This document shows positions 1 to 8,399 of a DNA stretch of 64,000 bases, in pieces. Position 1 is the first letter of the stretch; each line of letters starts with the position of its first letter. Under the pieces are notes generated by a model, which did no database searches, had not been told where the DNA came from, and saw nothing but the letters and a program-made list of their open reading frames with translations. The position numbers were made by a program, and so were the translations under genes. This DNA is from Candidatus Hydrogenedentota bacterium (GTDB lineage Bacteria; Hydrogenedentota; Hydrogenedentia; Hydrogenedentales; SLHB01), in the NCBI GenBank assembly GCA_045863335.1, contig BTVY01000006.1, positions 96,001 to 160,000 on the forward strand, in the 5' to 3' direction.

Positions 1-555
1 CAGCGTAAGGAACGGAACCATCAAAAGCCCGGTGTACAACCACCACCGGCGCGGCGATTTTGACAGCAGCAGGTAAGGAATCCAGAGAAAGAGAAACCCG
101 AAGGCGGCAAGAACGCCCCGGCTAATCAGGGAATCCAGGAGCCATTTCTGGAAGGTTTGGTTCGACATTCCGTAGGCGTGCTGCCGCACATAGCCCAGGT
201 AGAACGAAAGCGGCCAGTTCACTACATACAACACCACGATGAAGAACACCCAATATAGCCCGATCGTGAAAAACCACTTCCGGCCGAGTCGTTGCGCCCG
301 GGCGCGAATCACCGCGGATAGGCCTGTAAACAGAATGATTGCGGGCAACACAAGTTCCCAAACTTTGTTGAACCCCCACCACGCAACTCCGGTTCGGTAG
401 TATCGAACGGCCTCCTCTGTGGGCGGGGGCACGGCGACCGGCCCCTCCGCGACGGTCCCGCTGTTCTGGATGCCGTCTTCTTCCAAGGGCGATTCTGCGG
501 ACAGTGCACTGCCGAATGTGACAATAACGAGCAGGATCGCAAACATTGTTCGCAT
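1..555 (-). CDS. M48 family (Ste24-like) metallopeptidase, N-terminal part; runs off the window start
   Basis: Manual translation from ATG at 555 is open to position 1. Signal peptide, then TM helices with PLSFYLGYVRQHAYGMSNQTFQKWL...KSPRRWWLY, typical of Peptidase_M48_N. Not in the ORF track. Confidence 0.8.
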   Translation of the reverse strand, partial: MRTMFAILLVIVTFGSALSAESPLEEDGIQNSGTVAEGPVAVPPPTEEAVRYYRTGVAWWGFNKVWELVLPAIILFTGLSAVIRARAQRLGRKWFFTIGLYWVFFIVVLYVVNWPLSFYLGYVRQHAYGMSNQTFQKWLLDSLISRGVLAAFGFLFLWIPYLLLSKSPRRWWLYTGLLMVPFLTL

Positions 556-714
556 GGGAATACGACCTTTCCGCAGAAAGCTCCAGAATATCCGGGGTTC
601 CTCCCGTGGCGACGCTACCTTACCGGATTGCCACCCATCGGTAAAGCACTCGTGGGTGCGGTCACGCCTCGGATATGCGATAATAGCACCGAAGGAGGCG
701 TACCGAGACCGTTC

Positions 715-1548
715 ATGGCACAGCGCGAAGAAATACCCCATCTCATCCAGTTGCTGGACGACGATTCGGAGGTCGTGCGCGAGCAAGTATTGCGCGAGTT
801 GCTCGCGTTCGGCCCGGATTTGGACGCAGTGCTGCGGGAACTTGACGACCAGCTCACGCCCGCGCAACGCCATCTGATCACCCGCCTCGTATCCGGACAA
901 TTGGTGGAAAGGTCCCGCCGGGACGCCTGGCGCGTCTGGCCGTCGCTACCCACACGACGCGAACAATTGGAACGAGCCTTCGATCTGCTCGCGCAATTTC
1001 AATTCGGCTGGTCGCCGCCAGTGCATGTTACGGAGTTGCTCGACAATCTGGCCAAGGAATTCAAGGCCAGCGGGCGCACGCGCGACGCCATTTCGCTGAA
1101 CCGGTTTCTCTTCACTTCCAAGCGGCTCCGCGGCGCCACTGACGACTACTACGACCCGCGAAACAGCAATATGGTGTACGTGCTTCAGGAAGGAAAGGGG
1201 CTGCCCATCAGCCTCGTGTGCGCCTTCATGCTGGTGGGCGATCGCGTGGGGCTTCGCATCGAAGGCTGCGCCGTGCCCGGACACTACCTCGCCCGCGCGA
1301 CCGTAGCCGGAAATGATACCTACTTCGACTGCTACAGCGACGGCCGCATCTTGACCGATCGTGAGGTGGACAAGGTCCGGCGTCGACTGGCGCCCAATCT
1401 CACCCATCTGCTTACTGAAATCCCCACGGCGCAGGATATCATCCGCCGCGTGCTCCGAAACCTGATCAATGCCTACGAGATCGAGGACGAACACGACAAA
1501 AGCGCCGTCATGGCGGAACTCCTCGACGAAGTCCGCCCGCGGGATTAG
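715..1548 (+). CDS. SirB1 / transglutaminase-like (Transglut_core2) protein
   Basis: DYYDPRNSNM..VL..GKGLPISL, G.AVPGHYL, YFDCY..G, IIRRVLRNL motifs; start taken at MAQREE. Confidence 0.8.
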   Translation: MAQREEIPHLIQLLDDDSEVVREQVLRELLAFGPDLDAVLRELDDQLTPAQRHLITRLVSGQLVERSRRDAWRVWPSLPTRREQLERAFDLLAQFQFGWSPPVHVTELLDNLAKEFKASGRTRDAISLNRFLFTSKRLRGATDDYYDPRNSNMVYVLQEGKGLPISLVCAFMLVGDRVGLRIEGCAVPGHYLARATVAGNDTYFDCYSDGRILTDREVDKVRRRLAPNLTHLLTEIPTAQDIIRRVLRNLINAYEIEDEHDKSAVMAELLDEVRPRD

Positions 1549-1555
1549 GCAGACG

Positions 1556-2809
1556 CTACACGAGACGGTGCAACACTGCACCCGATGGCAACTTGGGGAA
1601 GAAATAGGTCGCCTTCTGCGGCATCGATTCGCGGGCGTCGGCGCATGCGCACACCTGGCTCGGGTGCATGTTCCGCAAGATAAACGCCATGCCTTTCTTT
1701 CCATTCAGCACCGCGCTCACCGCCGCGTTCACGTCCTTTTCGTAGACGAATTCCGAATCGGTGTGCAGGTCCAGCACCCGTTCTAAAATGCCTCCGTGCA
1801 ACACCGCCACATCCAAGTCGCGCCAGGCGGAGCCGTGCGCGTCGCCCAACAAATCCACCCGGTCAATGTCGCGTAGTCGCAGCAGATACTGGGAACCGCT
1901 CCGCAACACAACACCAATGGCGCAATCCGGCTCGGTCTGGACTTGGCGTGGAAGATGGTCGCTCACCTTCTCGACAGCGAACCAGGGCTCCAGCCCTTTC
2001 AGAAAAGCGGCCTCGTCAAACCCTTCAGGCTCATCCAAAACCCGGTGCGCGGGATAGACAAAAAGCCCGGGGTCGTCGAGTGACACAAAGCCCATAAGCA
2101 CATAGTCGTAGGGACGCAGGCCCTCCGGTTTCTCCTGCAGCCGCATCTGGTCTCGATACGTGTGGGCGGTGCGATACCGGTGATGGCCGTCCGCGATGTA
2201 GAGCTTCTTGTCCGTGAAAAACGCCGTAACGGCCGGGTCGGCGGGAACACGCCACACGCGCTGTTGGACGCCGTCAATCGTCTGCGCAGCCAAATCCTCG
2301 GGCCGCGAGTCTATCTGCGCCAGGAACTGACCTAACGCGTGCTGAGGATCGTCGTACAAGACGAATACGGCGCCCAGATTGGCCTTCGTCGCGCCCGTCA
2401 GGGCCAACCGATCCGTCACCTTCCACTCAAAAGTCCGCTCGTGGCCGAGCACGGTCTCGTCGCCTGGCTCGGGGATCTTCGTGACCGCAAAGAACCCGCG
2501 CCGTACGCATTCCGTCCCATCGAGGCTCGTGAAGCGCTGCTCGAGGAGGTAGAAGGAGTCCTCCTCGTCCTGCTGCATTACGCCCGCGGCGATCCAGGTT
2601 TCCAGGTCGGACGCCGACGCCTCGTATTTAGACATGCCCTCCCGCTCGTCGGGCAGGATCAGACGCGCGTAGTTATGCGGACTGCGCCCGTAAAGCTCCG
2701 TCCGCTCCTCCGGCGTGATGACGTCGAAAGGCGGTGTTACGACGTTCGAGTAGTCGCCCACCTGGTCTCTGTTGTATCGAAAACCGCGGAATCCGCGTAC
2801 ATCTGCCAT
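1556..2809 (-). CDS. DUF1015 domain protein
   Basis: FRGFRY, TPPFDVI, HERT, YIADGHHRY and MPQKATYFFPKLPSG motifs. Confidence 0.88.
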   Translation of the reverse strand: MADVRGFRGFRYNRDQVGDYSNVVTPPFDVITPEERTELYGRSPHNYARLILPDEREGMSKYEASASDLETWIAAGVMQQDEEDSFYLLEQRFTSLDGTECVRRGFFAVTKIPEPGDETVLGHERTFEWKVTDRLALTGATKANLGAVFVLYDDPQHALGQFLAQIDSRPEDLAAQTIDGVQQRVWRVPADPAVTAFFTDKKLYIADGHHRYRTAHTYRDQMRLQEKPEGLRPYDYVLMGFVSLDDPGLFVYPAHRVLDEPEGFDEAAFLKGLEPWFAVEKVSDHLPRQVQTEPDCAIGVVLRSGSQYLLRLRDIDRVDLLGDAHGSAWRDLDVAVLHGGILERVLDLHTDSEFVYEKDVNAAVSAVLNGKKGMAFILRNMHPSQVCACADARESMPQKATYFFPKLPSGAVLHRLV

Positions 2810-3096
2810 GCGTATCAAATGTCTCCGTAGGTTGGATTTCGAGAGAAACGAGTAGGAAGACCGCATTGTAAGTGGCGAGTCCAAATGATTCAAGGTTTGA
2901 CAACAAAATCCGTGCTCAAATCCGCGAAGATCTGTTTCCTTCCATGAGATTCGTGACTTTCCGCGTACTCATATTGCCGTCCCAAGTGCATCTTTTTGGA
3001 TACTTTAGGGCATTTACCCAGTGGGCCTCGCATTTGTGCAGCGCCCAGAGACGCCCGGTTTGTGAAGTGGTTATCAGGTTGCATACAATTCGGCAT

Positions 3097-5406
3097 ATGA
3101 CGGTTTTCAAGGCTTGGGCATCGTGGGCGCTCGGGATCTGTGTCGCCCTCGCGTGGGGGGTAAGCATCGCCCATGCACAAACTTATCCACCGCTGACGGT
3201 CGAGATCGGTCCCTACCATCCCCTGTTTCTTTTCCAGGCGCCGGATAGCGCCTCTGGCGACACGGAGGCCTATGCCCAGCAGATCGCAAGCGCGTGGGCC
3301 ACGTTGCCCAATGACCTGCGGCCGTATTCGGTTATGGCAGTGAACGTTTCCGGTCCGGATGCGGAAACCCGCCACCTTCGGTACACGAATCTCCTCAAGT
3401 CCCTTCAATCCTCCGAGATACCGGTCGCGATCCAGGTCGCCGATGAAAATCCTCGCAATATCTACCCCCTGGCGCAGGCCGAAGAATTGATTGCCCAGTT
3501 TACTGCGATCAAAGGAATTCAGGTTTCCAATCTCGCCTTTGACGATTACTCCACATTCGGCGGCGGTGACGACGTCGGTCTGCCCGCCAATGTCCGCTGG
3601 CTCAGCAGTGCGACCGATCTCGCCGCGCGCTACGGCCGCTTTATCGCCATCCGGCTGGACGGCACCGGCTGGCTGCACGTGTTGGCGAACGCGCAGTGCC
3701 GCCCCCTGCTGAACACCTTCCGCAATTGCAGCGCCTATGTCGTGCCGCTCGCCGGGCACGGCGCGGGCGCGACTATCGCGCAGCAAGGCGCGCTCATGGG
3801 ACTGTGGCTGGAAGGCGCGGTGGCGCAGTGGGGCGTTGCCCCGGACTCGGCTTGGTATGCGAATGCCGGATTGCTTGAGCCGGGCGTTTTCGGCGCCGCC
3901 TCGGACGGTCAGGGGATGCCTCCCTTATTGTATCGGGCCATGGTGCTGAACGGCACGATGGGCGGCGCCTGCGTGTACGCATTTCCCGAGGCCCGCGATC
4001 TTTGGGCCGGCGAACGCGTTCGGTATTGGGCCGAAGCCATCAAACCGATCCTATCACAGGTCATCCAGGGCGGCCTCATCGCCGACAAAGAATTCGTCGC
4101 GAAAAAAGCACGGGTCGCATACCAGATGGGCGTGTCGCGCACCCCTCAAGAATTCCAGCTCAACCTGCGCGACCTGGATGGCGTTCGCGACGAAGGCTTG
4201 ATGATCAAAGGCGCCTACGGCATGGAACGGCCGGGACAAATCGAGGAGCTGATCCCAAACTCGGGCCGCCACTACTGGGTGCCGATTATGTCGCCCTACG
4301 CGCCGCCCGAAGTGATGGGCGCCTTGGACCGCGTCGTCAAACCGGCCAGCATGCCTTCCGCGCAGAGTTGGACGGAACTGCTGGATCAGCATCTCGGCCC
4401 GGATGGTTCAGGTTCCGCCTTCATCGTGCGTGTGGGCCGGGGCGTCTTCGTCATGCATACGCGTGAAAGCCGCTACGAGGAACAGACGTTTCTTATCCCA
4501 TCGTTGCCCGCGCCCGTACGCGGTGTTCTCGCAAAGCGTAATGAATCGACCGTCACGCTCGAATGGCCTTTTCGCGAAGGCGACGTGTCCTACACGGTTT
4601 TCAAACGCATGTATCCGACGGGAGAGTTTGCTGAGGTCGCGAAAAACATCGACGAACGAAGCTGGACCGATCCCATCGCTGACCCCGCGCAGTCCGTTGC
4701 CTATGCGGTAACGGCGTTGACCAATGAGAAAGAGCCCTACGAAGGTACGGTCAACTTCGGCGACTACCTCGCGTTCAGCTTCGTCGAAAGCCGTATCGAC
4801 GAGGAAATTGTGCTGACCGACCTCGTCGCCCAGTCGCAGAGCCGCCCCCTGGAAGGCCCCCTCGAAATTCTGCCCAAGACGCAGGACTGGTGGCCCTCCT
4901 ACGATGGCGTGCCCGACGAACAGCGCGCCACCGCCGAGGCCATCGTGGCCCGCATCGAGCAATGGAACGAGGCCTTCGCGGCGGAAAACCTGGACGGCGT
5001 GATGGACCTCTACGGCACCGAATACCGCGATCCCCAATGGTGGCAGTTCCAATACGTCAAACGGGCTTACCAATGGTTCTTCGAACGTTACGGCGCCTGC
5101 AAAATGACCCGGCAACTTCGCCAATGGGATTTCACTGAGTTCGAGGCTAAAGGCGAGGTGCGCGCGCTCCTCTACTGCCGCTTCTCCGGATCCGCCATCA
5201 GCGATCCCACCGGCCGCTTCGCCGGCCAGACCGCCTGGTTCCCCCGAACCGAAACCGGGGAAATCTGGCTCACCTTCGCCAATCGCGAAGGCGAATGGCG
5301 CATCGAACGCAGCGATCCTGCCCTCCCCAACTTCGCCGACATCCTCAGCTTCTCCGCCGGCCCCTACGACTCGTTCCCCCCCGGCCCCGATATCTTCGGC
5401 CGGTAA
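3097..5406 (+). CDS. Secreted protein: GH98-like module + fibronectin type III domain + NTF2/SnoaL-like C-terminal domain
   Basis: Signal peptide; PLFLFQ..W..LP.DLRPYSV, GLWLEG...WGV..DS.WY, GGACVYAF and SGRHYWVP resemble GH98 M/C domains; VTLEW..Y.V.....YAVTA is FN3-like; QWNEAFAAENLDGVMDLY is NTF2-like. Confidence 0.6.
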   Translation: MTVFKAWASWALGICVALAWGVSIAHAQTYPPLTVEIGPYHPLFLFQAPDSASGDTEAYAQQIASAWATLPNDLRPYSVMAVNVSGPDAETRHLRYTNLLKSLQSSEIPVAIQVADENPRNIYPLAQAEELIAQFTAIKGIQVSNLAFDDYSTFGGGDDVGLPANVRWLSSATDLAARYGRFIAIRLDGTGWLHVLANAQCRPLLNTFRNCSAYVVPLAGHGAGATIAQQGALMGLWLEGAVAQWGVAPDSAWYANAGLLEPGVFGAASDGQGMPPLLYRAMVLNGTMGGACVYAFPEARDLWAGERVRYWAEAIKPILSQVIQGGLIADKEFVAKKARVAYQMGVSRTPQEFQLNLRDLDGVRDEGLMIKGAYGMERPGQIEELIPNSGRHYWVPIMSPYAPPEVMGALDRVVKPASMPSAQSWTELLDQHLGPDGSGSAFIVRVGRGVFVMHTRESRYEEQTFLIPSLPAPVRGVLAKRNESTVTLEWPFREGDVSYTVFKRMYPTGEFAEVAKNIDERSWTDPIADPAQSVAYAVTALTNEKEPYEGTVNFGDYLAFSFVESRIDEEIVLTDLVAQSQSRPLEGPLEILPKTQDWWPSYDGVPDEQRATAEAIVARIEQWNEAFAAENLDGVMDLYGTEYRDPQWWQFQYVKRAYQWFFERYGACKMTRQLRQWDFTEFEAKGEVRALLYCRFSGSAISDPTGRFAGQTAWFPRTETGEIWLTFANREGEWRIERSDPALPNFADILSFSAGPYDSFPPGPDIFGR

Positions 5407-5410
5407 GAGT

Positions 5411-5436
5411 TGCAGGCTGGAAGCCTGCACCACAAT
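5411..5436. repeat. REP-like palindrome (TGCAGGC-TGGAA-GCCTGCA-CCAC), copy 1
   Basis: Hairpin right after a stop codon; near-identical copy at 20935-20960. Confidence 0.65.
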
Positions 5437-5510
5437 GCTTCGCCTGTCCAGATTTTGAGGTAGGCGCGCGGCTCTTGAGCGGATCGGCTCTATACCGCCG
5501 GAAATGGAGG

Positions 5511-5539
5511 GAGCGGCGGGCCTTGGGAACCCGCCGCTC
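5511..5539 (-). terminator. GC-rich hairpin, probable terminator of the candidate ncRNA (possibly bidirectional)
   Basis: Perfect 10-bp stem GAGCGGCGGG/CCCGCCGCTC with a 9-nt loop; the U-tract is weak. Confidence 0.5.
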
Positions 5540-5548
5540 AGTGCGGGG

Positions 5549-5743
5549 AGTGCCTGAAACCGTGTTCCGTGTATCTTGGCGCAAGAGGGTCACGGTCTTG
5601 AGCTACTACTCTGAAACCATTGGGCTGCGGTCGTTGGCCTCAGTCCGCTCAGTACGTCGTGTGGACCCTATATGGTCTGGGCTGCGGAATGACTTCACGG
5701 TGCGATGAAGTCTGACCGGATCCACACATTAGTTCCAGACACT
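5549..5743 (-). ncRNA. Candidate structured non-coding RNA (family not recognised)
   Basis: 12-bp closing stem joins the 5' and 3' ends; three internal stem domains; upstream promoter puts the predicted +1 at the stem start; downstream hairpin; no credible ORF. Confidence 0.6.
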
Positions 5744-5749
5744 GAGGCG

Positions 5750-5778
5750 AGTTTACCACAACATATAGGGGCTGTCAA
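5750..5778 (-). promoter_or_regulatory. sigma70 promoter TTGACA-17bp-TAAACT (extended -10) with an NrdR-box-like site in the spacer
   Basis: Minus strand: -35 at 5778-5773, -10 at 5755-5750; spacer holds CCACAACATATAGGGG (5756-5771, plus strand). Confidence 0.7.
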
Positions 5779-5918
5779 TACCCCTCGTCGGTTTTCTCAA
5801 AGAATTTTTCTCGCGAGAATGAGCCGTAAAATGTGCTCCGAAGCGCTATTGACACTACAAGTTGGATATTTTGACTGACGCTTCGCCCTTGTAGGTCATT
5901 ACCCCGGATTCGCCACCC

Positions 5919-5934
5919 AGCCTATATATAGTGG
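5919..5934. promoter_or_regulatory. NrdR-box-like site AGCCTATATATAGTGG
   Basis: Matches consensus acaCwAtATaTwGtgt; a weaker copy lies at 5852-5867. Confidence 0.55.
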
Positions 5935-6115
5935 TCTGTAGTGCGCTGAACTGGGAGCTTCGTTCCTCGTTGTACGCCCGTTTATCTGCGGAATGCTTAC
6001 CTTTCGGCGATTTTACGGGCAGTGGAAGTTTGGCACGCCACAACCTGTTACCTCTACGGCGCGTGATATTCTGGATTCAATGGAACGCAGGGAAAATTGT
6101 AACGGGAGGTGAGTT

Positions 6116-6445
6116 ATGGCATTGCACCACGCTGCGGAGGGTGAGGTTGTGGACCTCGCCACGTGGGATGAGGATACGGCCTCTGGAGGCACGAAGGCCA
6201 TTGTGAAAACGGACAATCTGGAACTGATTCGATTGACGCTGTCGCCGCAACGGGAAATGGACACCCACCAAGTCGCGGGGCCTTCCGTCATCCATTGCCT
6301 GGATGGCCGCATCGTGGTGGACGCCATGGGCAAATCCGAGGAACTGGGGCCGGGCCAACTCATGCATCTGGCGCCGAACGAGCCACACGCCGTCCGCGCC
6401 CGGGAGGAGTCCCACGCGCTGCTGACGGTAATGTTCATCCGGTAG
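6116..6445 (+). CDS. Cupin domain protein
   Basis: HQVAGP..IHCLDG...PGQLMHL....PHAV; RBS GGAGG upstream. Confidence 0.85.
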   Translation: MALHHAAEGEVVDLATWDEDTASGGTKAIVKTDNLELIRLTLSPQREMDTHQVAGPSVIHCLDGRIVVDAMGKSEELGPGQLMHLAPNEPHAVRAREESHALLTVMFIR

Positions 6446-6533
6446 CCGCGCCTTGCCCGCCAAGCCGATCTCTGGTACCATTTGGCAGGACGTTAGATTT
6501 GCCGCAAGATACTGCGGTTTGGAGTGTTGCAGA

Positions 6534-6755
6534 ATGCCTCTCTTTGTATTTGCGTGTCAGGAATGCCACGCCGAAAACGAAATCCTGGTCCGGGGTGAGA
6601 CCGCCCCGGAATGCCCGTCCTGCGGGTCCAGAAAACTGACGAAACAAGCCAGCGCCTTCGCAGCGTTATCCGGGGGCGCTCGCCAGGCCGAGATGCCCGC
6701 AAGCTGCGGAGCAGGAAACTGCTGCCGCATGCCGGGCGGCTGCGGACTGAATTAG
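6534..6755 (+). CDS. FmdB-family zinc-ribbon protein
   Basis: MPLFVFACQEC...CPSCGSRKLTK..SAF with a Cys-rich tail. Confidence 0.85.
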   Translation: MPLFVFACQECHAENEILVRGETAPECPSCGSRKLTKQASAFAALSGGARQAEMPASCGAGNCCRMPGGCGLN

Positions 6756-6776
6756 GCCCCTTGATACAAGCAAGCA

Positions 6777-6941
6777 CGAAATTCGAATCTCGAAATCCGA
6801 AACAAATCCAGAATTCGAACGTTCTAAAAAACAATCGAAGTGGATTTGACCCATCCCATTCGACGAGATTCGAGTCGGGCCATTCTGAGTTTTGAATTTT
6901 GGTCCTTAGAATTTGTTTCGAATTTCGAGATTCGAATTTCG
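6777..6941. repeat. Gene-less element with 33-bp imperfect terminal inverted repeats built of TTCGAA-like units
   Basis: Arm CGAAATTCGAATCTCGAAATCCGAAACAAATCC (6777-6809) vs 6909-6941, 2 mismatches; related copy at 61479-61664. Confidence 0.8.
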
Positions 6942-6964
6942 GATTCTGTTAACGAGGAGTTTCC

Positions 6965-7324
6965 ATGCCCGACCACCACGACATAAAGGGCGTCAAGACC
7001 CTGGGCATGCATGTCCGCAAAGCCTGGAAGGACGCGAACCGTTCGCGGCCCTTCAGCTTCTATTTGCTGATCGCGATCATCGTCGTGCTCCTGCTCGGGC
7101 TTCAGATTGTCCACGTGAAAGAGAACCCGCGCCAGTTTGCATTCCTCCTGTCGCTCCTCTTCATCTTCTTCTTTGCCGTCATGGTGCGGGCCATTGTCGA
7201 CTTCGGCGATATCACCCGCCGCCACATGGCCGAACGGGAGCAGGTGTTCCGATCAACCCTCGGCGACGACGAATTCGTGTCGGAACTGGGCCGGCGCATC
7301 GCCGAGAACCGCGAAAAACTGTAG
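6965..7324 (+). CDS. Hypothetical two-TM membrane protein
   Basis: RBS GAGGAG, two hydrophobic helices, operon context. Confidence 0.7.
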   Translation: MPDHHDIKGVKTLGMHVRKAWKDANRSRPFSFYLLIAIIVVLLLGLQIVHVKENPRQFAFLLSLLFIFFFAVMVRAIVDFGDITRRHMAEREQVFRSTLGDDEFVSELGRRIAENREKL

Positions 7325-7371
7325 ACCGTCGTTCCGGCGCTCGTATCTTCCGGGTAGAAAACGCTATTGAC

Positions 7372-8388
7372 GTGAAGACCATCCTCGCACTCGTACCCAA
7401 CTGGATTGGCGACGTGGCCATGTGCACGCCGGCACTGCGCGCGCTGCATAAACGGCATCCGGACGCGTCGTTGATCGTCGCGGGACGCCCGGCAGCCTGC
7501 GCGTTGCTCGATGGCATCCCCTGGATTGCCGATACGGTTTCCATCGGCGGACGGGACGGTCTCTTCGGATTGTTCCAGGCCGGTTCGCTCGTTCGCCGTC
7601 GTCGTCCCGATATCGCCATCGCCTTTCCGCACTCGTTCCGTTCGGCCGCGACGGCGTGGCTGTCCGGCGCGAAGACGCGCATCGGCTACGCGCGAGGCGG
7701 ACGCTCCGCCTTCCTCACCGAACGCGTGCCGCCTCATCAAGAGAACGGAAAGATTGCACCGGTTTACATGGCGACGGAGTATCTGGACCTGGTGCTTCCC
7801 CTGGGATGCGAGGACGACGGTACAGGATTGGAGTTGGCGGCGGACCCGCTGTTGGTGGAAACCTTTAAAGATCATCTTGCCGGCGAGGGTCCGCTCGTGG
7901 GATTCGCGCCGGGCGCCGCCTTCGGTCCAAGCAAGCTTTGGCCGGCCGAACGCTACGCCGCCGTGGCCGACGCGCTTCACGAACGTTGCGGCGCGCGTTG
8001 CCTGCTGCTCACCGGCCCCGGCGAGGAAACGACACGCGACGCCGTCCTCGCCCACGCGAGGTACCCGCTGCTCCGTCCTCCGCAACCGCCCACCATCCCG
8101 GCGCTCAAAGCCGCCGTCTCGCTGCTGGACCTCCTGATTGGCAACGACTCCGGCTCGCGCCACGTGGCCGTTGCGTTCAAGGTCCCTACGATCTGCATCA
8201 TGGGCCCGACCGCGCCCGTATACAGCGAAGGCCCCTACGAACGCGGCGAAGTCCTCCGGGTCGACGTCGACTGCGGCCCCTGCCAGAAGCCCGTCTGCAC
8301 CACCGACCACCGCTGCATGACCCGCATCGATGCCGAGCGCGTGACGAATGAGGCGATGGAGTGGCTGGCGAAACAACGCGCCATGTAG
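7372..8388 (+). CDS. waaF: LPS heptosyltransferase II (GT9)
   Basis: PNWIGDVAM, PGAAFGPSKLWP, NDSG..HVA, CGPC motifs; GTG start. Confidence 0.88.
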   Translation: MKTILALVPNWIGDVAMCTPALRALHKRHPDASLIVAGRPAACALLDGIPWIADTVSIGGRDGLFGLFQAGSLVRRRRPDIAIAFPHSFRSAATAWLSGAKTRIGYARGGRSAFLTERVPPHQENGKIAPVYMATEYLDLVLPLGCEDDGTGLELAADPLLVETFKDHLAGEGPLVGFAPGAAFGPSKLWPAERYAAVADALHERCGARCLLLTGPGEETTRDAVLAHARYPLLRPPQPPTIPALKAAVSLLDLLIGNDSGSRHVAVAFKVPTICIMGPTAPVYSEGPYERGEVLRVDVDCGPCQKPVCTTDHRCMTRIDAERVTNEAMEWLAKQRAM

Positions 8389-8399
8389 CGCAGGCCTCC

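Noticed and set aside
5549-5743. 6S RNA assignment for the ncRNA candidate
   Set aside because: The length fits, but the visible pairing is multibranched rather than a rod with a central bubble; it cannot be fully excluded without Rfam.
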